The notes beneath the pieces are model-generated. The model was not told where the DNA came from and made no database searches. It saw only the letters and a list, made by a program, of their open reading frames with translations. A stretch of DNA of 64,000 nucleotides from Flavobacteriales bacterium (lineage in GTDB: Bacteria; Bacteroidota; Bacteroidia; Flavobacteriales_D; Sanyastnellaceae). The stretch's first letter is position 1. Each line of letters begins with the position of its first letter. The DNA is taken from assembly GCA_043748015.1 (NCBI GenBank), contig JAYTOA010000182.1:8331-72330 (forward strand). The letters run 5' to 3'. Shown here piece after piece: positions 8,892 to 15,415 of this stretch. Both the position numbers and the translations under genes were made by a program.

Positions 8892-11192
8892 TCAGTCTCT
8901 TAAGATGGTCACGTGGCCATCATAATATTTCATTCCTTTTATTTCGTTCACCCCTAGTATGTAGTAGTAAGTGCCGTCAGGAACATCTTCTGCAGACCAG
9001 CTATTCCTATAGTTCTTATTTTCATAAAGCAGATTACCCCAACGATTGTATACTTGAAGCGTACTGTTTGGAAAATCTTCAATACCCTTGATTTGAAAGA
9101 AATTATTTCCGTCAATGCCATTCGGTGTAAATACATTTGGTATGAGTATGGCACATGGCTTAATGATTACGCGATAAGGCGTTGATGACATGAAGTTGCA
9201 CACAGGTTCAAAAACATTCACGTAGTAATATCCACTCAATACATCAGAATGTGAACCATTATTATTTGTCTCCAACTGGGTGTACAACGTGTCATTCGAT
9301 GAGTAGTACCAAACATAATTGTTAGAGCTCGTCGCACCAGGTGCGAATAGATCATAAGTCACACCTGCGCAAGGCTCAATTGTATCAAGCGGAGCGAAAG
9401 CTGGATGAGGCGGAACAATTGCCAACAGTGTATCCCTAACTATACAATTCGGATCGTCTTGAGGATATACGCTGAAGACAAACTCCTGCGTTTCGTTGAA
9501 AGCATTGGCCAGAATTTGGGCGCTTGGTATATTTGGATTTGCAAGAAAATTTGCCGGACTCCATGAATAAATATAAGTGATGCCTGGTCCGGGATTGGTC
9601 ACAGACCCACCAATTTGCGTTTGTTCTCCACAATAATTCACATTGCCGGTAATGAGTGGAATTGGTCCTGCATAGGCTAATACTGAGATATTATCTGTGT
9701 AAGTACAACCGAAATCATCAATGGCGGTGTAGGTATATGTATAATTCCCTGCTGATGTTGCAGCGTATGTTGCGCTATCTGCGCTTGCGTTCATCGACAC
9801 CAAAAAAGGTCCTGAGATAAAGCTGGAATCGGCTCCAATACCAATACTCGGTGTGAATGAAATCAAATCCGGATACAAATTCGCTGCAAATTGTACTGAC
9901 CAATCGAAGATGAAACCGTTGTCAGAGGACCACAAATCACATATTTCCACAATCCATTCACCGTTCAAAGCGCAGCCAATCAAATTTGAAAAGGGTTGAA
10001 CACTTTGGTAGGTACCTGAAGGTAAAGTTGCGCCGGCGTTGGCTGACCATGTTCCATTGGTTGCTGTTGGCGACCAGAAATAATCATATCCAATACCGGG
10101 ATTCAAATCCGAATCAATGTCGATTGGTTCGCCAAGTAGTGTTCCGCCACCTCCCTGGTTATGCACCAATAACGAATTTCCATTTGGACAAATAAACTTG
10201 ATGGTGATATCACCCATGAAAGAATGCTCGAAATTGATGAAAAAATTAACAATATCCGCTTCACTTTGTATAGTTGCTCCAGGTGAAAAACCACCGAATG
10301 TCAGTGTATCAGAAAAACAAGCGCTTTGATCGTCCGGAATAAATAGTGCACCTCCAAAGTTGGCTGTAGGCATATCGGTCCATAACACAGGCGCTGCATT
10401 GCCTACAACATGATATTCTTGTCCAACGCATACTGTGTAATCATCAGAAGCAAAAGTAAAATCGGGAGTGGTTGAGACATAAACCAACTTATCCGGAAGA
10501 TTTCCATTGCTGCATTCATTATCATCAGTAAGCGACAATTGAATAACGTACGCACCGGCTTCACTGAAAGAGTGAGAAACGACAGGCCAACTGCTGCTGT
10601 TAGTAGTTCCATCATCAAAATTCCATGTGAAAGAGGCTAATGTCATTCCCTCAGCAAAAGTTGATGAATCACCGCTAAAATCAACAGATTCACCAACACA
10701 AATCCTTATTGGATTCTCTTCTGTTTCATCAGAGGTAATTATTGCATATGGTCGTGCACATGGGGTTGCGCATGAAATCTGGGCTCCAAAATTCCCAACT
10801 TCTGCATCGTCGTTTGAAACAAACACCAACGTAAGACATCCTGCAGGATTCGTTGAAGTAATATCAAGTCCTTGAATCTCTGTTCCGGTAAATGTGCCCA
10901 ATGAAGGTGCGCTGGTGCTGTTGCCATCGTAAATAGTCAATTCGTCGCCATTGCCCAAATCAAATACAACAAAATAGAGACTTATCAGATTCTCATCTGA
11001 ACCGTCCTGACAAATTGTACTTTGTAAATTCTGACTGGGTGAATAATCCGATGCACTTAAACCATTGTCAACAATGAAACCGACACAAGCCGTAACGTTA
11101 GTGCCAATGGCGTTTTCCTGCGCCATACTGCCCAACAAAGAAGTGCTGAACAATAAAGCCATCAAATATTTTGCAAGTTTAAACTTCTTCAT
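8892..11192 (-). CDS. Secreted multidomain protein with a T9SS type B (CHU_C/gliding-associated) C-terminal sorting domain
   Basis: The 766-aa ORF has a signal peptide and a CUB-like N-terminal module. It also has a PKD-like segment (WNFDDGTTNSS...), a proprotein-convertase P-domain-like segment (FEHSFMGDITIKFICPNGN) and the C-terminal IPNVFTPNGIDGNNFFQIKGIEDFPNSTLQVYNRWGNLLYE. Confidence 0.8.
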   Translation of the reverse strand: MKKFKLAKYLMALLFSTSLLGSMAQENAIGTNVTACVGFIVDNGLSASDYSPSQNLQSTICQDGSDENLISLYFVVFDLGNGDELTIYDGNSTSAPSLGTFTGTEIQGLDITSTNPAGCLTLVFVSNDDAEVGNFGAQISCATPCARPYAIITSDETEENPIRICVGESVDFSGDSSTFAEGMTLASFTWNFDDGTTNSSSWPVVSHSFSEAGAYVIQLSLTDDNECSNGNLPDKLVYVSTTPDFTFASDDYTVCVGQEYHVVGNAAPVLWTDMPTANFGGALFIPDDQSACFSDTLTFGGFSPGATIQSEADIVNFFINFEHSFMGDITIKFICPNGNSLLVHNQGGGGTLLGEPIDIDSDLNPGIGYDYFWSPTATNGTWSANAGATLPSGTYQSVQPFSNLIGCALNGEWIVEICDLWSSDNGFIFDWSVQFAANLYPDLISFTPSIGIGADSSFISGPFLVSMNASADSATYAATSAGNYTYTYTAIDDFGCTYTDNISVLAYAGPIPLITGNVNYCGEQTQIGGSVTNPGPGITYIYSWSPANFLANPNIPSAQILANAFNETQEFVFSVYPQDDPNCIVRDTLLAIVPPHPAFAPLDTIEPCAGVTYDLFAPGATSSNNYVWYYSSNDTLYTQLETNNNGSHSDVLSGYYYVNVFEPVCNFMSSTPYRVIIKPCAILIPNVFTPNGIDGNNFFQIKGIEDFPNSTLQVYNRWGNLLYENKNYRNSWSAEDVPDGTYYYILGVNEIKGMKYYDGHVTILRD

Positions 11193-11200
11193 ATTTCTAC

Positions 11201-11602
11201 TTATTTCTTATTGTTCTTATTGGTGCGTTGATACATAATTTCCAAACGCGCCTTCGAATAAACGAAGAGTGCGTTCGAACTTCCGGCAATCTTAAAATAT
11301 TGATGAGAATCGGCCAGAGGCTGAATATTGAGAAGCAGCGGGTTAAAGCTCTCTGTAGTGCACTGTGATTGACTTCCCAAATCGATAGTCGCCAGTCCGG
11401 ATGTCTTTTCCTCCGGCATTTCGCTGATGACACACATATTGTCTGCGATGAAATTTTTCCAGCGAAGGTCTTCATCACTCAAGGATGAGAGTTGCTTAGC
11501 GTTAAACGCAGCGCTCGTCTTTTGACTGGCTGTCGGGCGTTGTGCATTGATTCCCAATACACTGATAAACATTAGAATAATAACTAGTTTAATCTTTTTC
11601 AT
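11201..11602 (-). CDS. Hypothetical secreted protein
   Basis: The ORF is trimmed to MKKIKLVIILMFISVLGINAQ (signal peptide). I recognise no family. Confidence 0.5.
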   Translation of the reverse strand: MKKIKLVIILMFISVLGINAQRPTASQKTSAAFNAKQLSSLSDEDLRWKNFIADNMCVISEMPEEKTSGLATIDLGSQSQCTTESFNPLLLNIQPLADSHQYFKIAGSSNALFVYSKARLEIMYQRTNKNNKK

Positions 11603-11718
11603 ATCTGTTAAATGTACTTTCATGTGACTTGACAAATGTATCCATTCAAAAGTTGTATTGAAATTGAAATTAATCAGTATTTGCTTTCCTGATAAATTCG
11701 CGCCCTTCAAAATCGCAT

Positions 11719-12879
11719 ATGCCCATCCTCCAAGTAATTACCGCAACGCATCTTAAACAGTGGGAAGGTGTGCCTGATCTCATCTATAAAAATGACACAA
11801 ACTGGATACCACACATCAAACAAGATGTCGCAAGAATTTTCGATCCGGCGGCTAACAAATTATTCAATGACGGCAATGCAGCACGATGGATAGTTGCGAA
11901 TAATGATGGCATCGCCATTGGACGAATTGCCGCCTTTCATTCCAAAAAATATTCAGATGCCCAATCACAGAAGACCGGTGGCATTGGTTTTTTTGAATGT
12001 ATAGACGACGCCAATATTGCGAGTCAATTGCTGGATACTGCAGTCAATTGGCTCAAAACAGAAGGCATGCAAGCAGTTGATGGTCCTATTAATTTTGGTG
12101 AAAAGGAGGCTTATTGGGGATTGCTGGTCATGAATTTCACTGACATGAGCAGTTTTCGGATGAACTACAATCCACCTTACTATAAGAAGTTTTTCGAAGA
12201 CTTCGGATTCAAGACATATTACGAACAACTCTGTTATAAGCGCGATCTTCATGTTCCGGCACAGGAAGTTTTCGTGCGGAAAACCGATGAGCTAATGAAA
12301 GATCCCGGATACCGCATCGCCAATGCCCGTGGCCGATCAATTGAAGAAATTGCATTCGATTTCGTTACCATTTACAACGCCTCGTGGGCGGGACTTGCAG
12401 GATTCAAGGAAATGCATCCCGCTCAGGCATTGCAAGCCATAAGGACTATGCAAAGGGTTATGGACCCTGATATCATGGTTTTTGTTTATCACAATGAAAA
12501 ACCAATCGCCTTCTACATCAATCTACCTGAAGTGAATGAGTTTATGCAACATGTCAATGGAAATCTGAATTGGCTCGGCATCATCAAATTTCTCTATCAC
12601 AAACAATTCGGGAAAAGACATACGATGGTAGGAATTGTATTTGGTGTCAGCAGAGAATATCATGGAAAAGGAGTTGAAGGAGCGATGATCAAATGGAGTG
12701 AGGAAAACATAGTTACGCTGAATCGATATAATGAAACAATCATGACGTGGATTGGAGATTTCAATCCGAAAATGATGCACGTTGCGGAAAATCTTGGCGC
12801 ATCACTTTACCGCAAACTCATTACTTATCGAATGCTCTTTGATAAAAGTCAAGTTTTTAAACGACTTGAAAAGGCTTGA
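11719..12879 (+). CDS. Conserved hypothetical protein, possibly GNAT-like acyltransferase
   Basis: This is a long uninterrupted 386-aa ORF. The functional label comes only from my recollection of similar Bacteroidota proteins and is weak. Confidence 0.5.
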   Translation: MPILQVITATHLKQWEGVPDLIYKNDTNWIPHIKQDVARIFDPAANKLFNDGNAARWIVANNDGIAIGRIAAFHSKKYSDAQSQKTGGIGFFECIDDANIASQLLDTAVNWLKTEGMQAVDGPINFGEKEAYWGLLVMNFTDMSSFRMNYNPPYYKKFFEDFGFKTYYEQLCYKRDLHVPAQEVFVRKTDELMKDPGYRIANARGRSIEEIAFDFVTIYNASWAGLAGFKEMHPAQALQAIRTMQRVMDPDIMVFVYHNEKPIAFYINLPEVNEFMQHVNGNLNWLGIIKFLYHKQFGKRHTMVGIVFGVSREYHGKGVEGAMIKWSEENIVTLNRYNETIMTWIGDFNPKMMHVAENLGASLYRKLITYRMLFDKSQVFKRLEKA

Positions 12880-12957
12880 TAGGCAAGGGATTCGTGATCT
12901 TGCTCAAAACAATTTCGATTAATTCTCAACAAGAGTTGCAACGAAAAGTTGAGTGAG

Positions 12958-12972
12958 TATATTTGCGCCCGC
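12958..12972 (+). promoter_or_regulatory. Bacteroidota-type -7 box TATATTTG plus GC-rich CGCCCGC, upstream of tRNA-Lys
   Basis: TATATTTGCGCCCGC lies 18 nt before the tRNA-Lys 5' end, and a TTG sits about 19 nt upstream (12936-12938). The same 15-mer occurs before the CAT tRNA at 49496-49510 on the minus strand. Confidence 0.45.
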
Positions 12973-12990
12973 TTTTCAGGAAAGCGAGAT

Positions 12991-13063
12991 GATTCCGTAG
13001 CTCAGCTGGTAGAGCAATACACTTTTAATGTATGGGCCCTGGGTTCGAATCCCAGCGGGATCA
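12991..13063 (+). tRNA. tRNA-Lys (anticodon TTT)
   Basis: I folded the cloverleaf by hand. The acceptor GATTCCG pairs with CGGGATC and the anticodon arm is ATACA-CTTTTAA-TGTAT. The T arm is CTGGG-TTCGAAT-CCCAG, the discriminator is A, and no CCA is encoded. Confidence 0.9.
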
Positions 13064-13080
13064 CAAAAGCAGAAGAAATT

Positions 13081-13110
13081 CGAGGACAGCAAGTACTGTC
13101 CTCGTTTGTT
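13081..13110 (+). terminator. Hairpin plus T-rich tail between tRNA-Lys and tRNA-Leu(GAG); terminator or processing signal
   Basis: CGAGGACAG-CAAGTA-CTGTCCTCG forms a 9-bp stem followed by TTTGTTCTTC. Confidence 0.4.
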
Positions 13111-13129
13111 CTTCATCAAAACTGAATTT

Positions 13130-13214
13130 GCCCTGGTGGTGAAATTGGTAGACACGTACGTTTGAGGGGCGTATTTCGCAAGATGTGCTGGTTCGAGTCC
13201 AGTCCAGGGCACCA
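13130..13214 (+). tRNA. tRNA-Leu (anticodon GAG), type II, with encoded CCA
   Basis: The acceptor GCCCTGG pairs with CCAGGGC and the anticodon arm is TACGT-TTGAGGG-GCGTA. It has a long variable arm, a T arm GCTGG-TTCGAGT-CCAGT, discriminator A, then CCA. Confidence 0.9.
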
Positions 13215-13220
13215 ATGTGG

Positions 13221-13269
13221 TTTGCATCAGGAATTTTGTAAAGGACATTATTCCGGATGCAAATTTTCC
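13221..13269 (+). terminator. Rho-independent terminator after tRNA-Leu(GAG)
   Basis: TTTGCATCAGGAAT and ATTCCGGATGCAAA form a 14-bp stem with one mismatch, followed by TTTTCC. Confidence 0.5.
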
Positions 13270-13295
13270 AGACAAAAAATCATTCATACTTTAAG

Positions 13296-13513
13296 GGAGT
13301 GAAGTTCTCCTTCAAAAAAACTTCTGAGGCACGGAGCTGATGAGATCACTTTTTACCGAAGTGGCGGAATTGGTAGACGTGTCCCGACTGCAAGTCGGGA
13401 TGCCGAAAGATGTGAGGGAAATAAAATCTGGAGTGAAGTTCTCCATCAAAAAACTTCTGTGGCGCGAAGCTGATGAGATCACTTTTTACCGAAGTGGCGG
13501 AATTGGTAGACGT
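13296..13513 (+). repeat. Tandem duplication (period 134 bp) of a 65-nt upstream region plus the first 26 nt of a tRNA-Leu gene
   Basis: Segments 13296-13380 and 13430-13513 align with only about 5 differences. The shared sequence is GGAGTGAAGTTCTCC.TCAAAAAACTTCTG.GGC.CG.AGCTGATGAGATCACTTTTTACCGAAGTGGCGGAATTGGTAGACGTG. Confidence 0.8.
13355..13418 (+). pseudogene. 3'-truncated Leu-type tRNA-like gene carrying a palindromic anticodon-arm replacement
   Basis: The acceptor 5' strand and D arm are identical to the intact tRNA-Leu(CAG). They are followed by TCCCGACTGCAAGTCGGGA and a variable region. The copy stops after GAGGG (5' half of the T stem), so there is no T loop and no 3' acceptor strand. 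Confidence 0.6.
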
Positions 13514-13569
13514 GCACGTTTCAGGTGCGTGTGCTGCAAGGCGTGAGGGTTCGAGTCCCTTCTTCGGTA
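13488..13569 (+). tRNA. tRNA-Leu (anticodon CAG), type II
   Basis: The acceptor ACCGAAG pairs with CTTCGGT, giving a compensated A1:U72 pair. U8 is present, the D arm is GCG/CGT and the anticodon arm is CACGT-TTCAGGT-GCGTG. It has a long variable arm, a T arm GAGGG-TTCGAGT-CCCTT, discriminator A and no CCA. Confidence 0.85.
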
Positions 13570-13570
13570 C

Positions 13571-13600
13571 GAAGAGGTCGTCAGTAGTGACGGCCTTTTC
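13571..13600 (+). terminator. Rho-independent terminator of tRNA-Leu(CAG)
   Basis: GGTCGTCA-GTAG-TGACGGCC is followed by TTTTC. The upstream GAAGAGG can extend the pairing into the T tract. Confidence 0.6.
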
Positions 13601-13630
13601 AATTAAAAATCAAAAAGACAAGACGAAAAG

Positions 13631-13736
13631 GAATTGATAGACGCGTCCCGACTGCAAGTCGGGATGTTGTAAAACGTGAGGGTTCGAGTCCCTCCTTCGG
13701 TACGAAGAGGTCGTCAGCTTGACGGCCTTTTCAATT
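13631..13736 (+). repeat. Direct repeat, left copy: 5'-truncated Leu-type tRNA-like body (13631-13702) plus terminator (13704-13732)
   Basis: The copy starts inside the D loop (GAATTGATAGACGCG) and has no 5' acceptor strand. It contains the palindrome TCCCGACTGCAAGTCGGGA, the T arm GAGGG-TTCGAGT-CCCTC, CTTCGGT-A and a terminator. It is identical to 14028-14134 except for the terminator loop. Confidence 0.85.
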
Positions 13737-13760
13737 TACTTTTACTGAAACCTCTTTCCA

Positions 13761-14021
13761 ATGTATTTCTGCTATATCCTCTATTCCAAAAGTCTCGACA
13801 AATTTTATGTAGGCTCTTGTTCCGATCTGGAAAACAGAATTAGAAAACACAATCTCGGGCATGCAACATTTACGTCAACAGGCATTCCCTGGGAGCTGAA
13901 ATGGTCGCGTTCATTCGAAACAAATTCACTCGCTCTTCAATTCGAAAAATCTGTGAAGAAGAAAAAATCAAGAATCTATATTGAGAAACTAATCAAAGAA
14001 ACTTGGATAGAAATACACTGA
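13761..14021 (+). CDS. Small stand-alone GIY-YIG (URI-domain) nuclease family protein
   Basis: The 86-aa ORF has FCYILYS (GIY-like), FYVGSCSDLENRIRKHN (YIG-like plus the conserved Arg/His-Asn) and QFEKSVKK (conserved Glu). Size and motif order match the COG2827/YhbQ-like family. Confidence 0.8.
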   Translation: MYFCYILYSKSLDKFYVGSCSDLENRIRKHNLGHATFTSTGIPWELKWSRSFETNSLALQFEKSVKKKKSRIYIEKLIKETWIEIH

Positions 14022-14027
14022 TCCTTA

Positions 14028-14134
14028 GAATTGATAGACGCGTCCCGACTGCAAGTCGGGATGTTGTAAAACGTGAGGGTTCGAGTCCCTCCTTCGGTAC
14101 GAAGAGGTCGTCAAACATGACGGCCTTTTCAATT
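14028..14134 (+). repeat. Direct repeat, right copy: 5'-truncated Leu-type tRNA-like body (14028-14099) plus terminator (14101-14130)
   Basis: The first 86 nt and last 17 nt are identical to 13631-13736. Only the terminator loop differs (AACA versus GCT). Confidence 0.85.
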
Positions 14135-14282
14135 ATTAGAAACAAAAAAAATCGAATACGAATTTCACAGTTCGTATGCTGCGAATGGAATTGCGATCAA
14201 CTTTTAACTGTAGCCTTAACCGCTGCTAAGAACGAATGCGAACTTCAATGACTAATTTCGTGTTTTATTCCTAAAATTCAAT

Positions 14283-15404
14283 ATGCCGGAGCATCATCTG
14301 TCAAACATTCAAAGCGTTCATCGTTGGTGGCCTTCTACTTCAAAGCCTCTGCTCATCAGTGGTCCATGCAGTGTTGAAACTGAACTACAATTGATCACTA
14401 CAGCCAAGCAACTCGCCGCCACTCACAAACCACATTTTCTGCGCGGTGGAATATGGAAACCACGCACCCGACCCGACTCATTCGAAGGCGTCGGTGTAAT
14501 CGGTCTGGAATGGATGGTTAACGCGAAACGAGAAACCGGTCTACCGATTATCACCGAAGTGGCAACTGCCGAACATGTCGAGCTCTGTTTGAAGTTTGGT
14601 TTCGATGCACTTTGGATCGGTGCCAGGACAACGGTCAATCCGTTTTCTGTCCAGGAAATAGCAGATGCACTTAAAGGTGTGGATATTCCTATCATTGTTA
14701 AGAATCCAGTTAATCCCGACCTGCAACTTTGGATGGGTGCAATTGAACGAATTGCGCGCAGTGGCATCACTAAAATTGTTGCCATGCATCGCGGGTTTTC
14801 TCATTTCGGAGCAAGCATCTATCGCAACAAACCAATGTGGGAAATTCCAATTGCTCTCAAAACGCAATTTCCTGAGCTCGCCATTTTCTGTGATCCAAGT
14901 CACATATGTGGACGACGCGATCTTTTGCAACAGGTCGCTCAGAAAGCACTCGACCTCGGCATGGAAGGCTTGATGATTGAAAGCCATATCGATCCCGACA
15001 AGGCATGGAGTGATGCTGCACAACAAATCACTCCGGATATACTCTCCGAACTCATCAATAACCTTCATGTCAGAGTTGCCTCAACTGACGATGTTCACTT
15101 CACGAACGAATTACAATCACTTCGCTCGCGAATCGATAAAGTGGACGAGGAAATCATTCATCTTATTAAAGACAGGATGAATATTACCGAAGAACTTGGC
15201 CATTACAAGAAGGAACACAACATCACCATTTTACAAGTGGAACGATGGAAGGAAATCATCGAAACACGCACTATGCTTGCGGAAAAATTAGGACTCTCAT
15301 CCGAATTCATTGAGAGATATCTGGAGCTATTGCATAAAGAATCCATACAAACTCAGACACGTGTGATGAATGAAGACGTGGATATACCCGTTGCCAAAAA
15401 GTAA
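14283..15404 (+). CDS. Bifunctional 3-deoxy-7-phosphoheptulonate (DAHP) synthase / chorismate mutase type II
   Basis: The N-terminal part is a DAHPS/KDO8PS-type barrel (ISGPCSVE...FLRGGIWKPRTRPDSFEGVG...CDPSHICGRRD). The C-terminal 90 aa are a helical chorismate mutase (LRSRIDKVDEEIIHLIKDRMNITEELGHYK). Confidence 0.85.
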   Translation: MPEHHLSNIQSVHRWWPSTSKPLLISGPCSVETELQLITTAKQLAATHKPHFLRGGIWKPRTRPDSFEGVGVIGLEWMVNAKRETGLPIITEVATAEHVELCLKFGFDALWIGARTTVNPFSVQEIADALKGVDIPIIVKNPVNPDLQLWMGAIERIARSGITKIVAMHRGFSHFGASIYRNKPMWEIPIALKTQFPELAIFCDPSHICGRRDLLQQVAQKALDLGMEGLMIESHIDPDKAWSDAAQQITPDILSELINNLHVRVASTDDVHFTNELQSLRSRIDKVDEEIIHLIKDRMNITEELGHYKKEHNITILQVERWKEIIETRTMLAEKLGLSSEFIERYLELLHKESIQTQTRVMNEDVDIPVAKK

Positions 15405-15415
15405 AGCGCCGGAGT

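Noticed and set aside
12976-13287. A track ORF of 103 aa on the minus strand.
   Set aside because: It lies across tRNA-Lys and tRNA-Leu(GAG) and their hairpins. The tRNA cloverleaves explain the sequence.
13336-13476. The hammerhead-ribozyme core motif CTGATGAG occurs in both copies of the duplicated tRNA-Leu upstream region (13336-13343 and 13469-13476).
   Set aside because: No stem II hairpin follows it, and there is no GAAA element or NUH cleavage triplet in a compatible position. An 8-mer match is expected by chance once or twice in 128 kb of two-strand sequence.
13340-13546. A track ORF of 68 aa on the plus strand.
   Set aside because: It reads through the duplicated tRNA-Leu units (the repeated peptide ...ITFYRSGGIGRR comes from the tRNA sequence itself), so it is not a gene.
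14003-14251. A track ORF of 82 aa overlapping the end of the GIY-YIG gene.
   Set aside because: It reads through the right-hand tRNA-fragment repeat and terminator and has no protein-like features.
14135-14282. A possible attenuator or leader peptide upstream of the DAHP synthase/chorismate mutase gene. A hairpin ATACGAA-TTTCACAG-TTCGTAT is present.
   Set aside because: The only short ORF there (MLRMELRSTFNCSLNRC) has no run of aromatic codons, and no alternative terminator/antiterminator pairing is evident.
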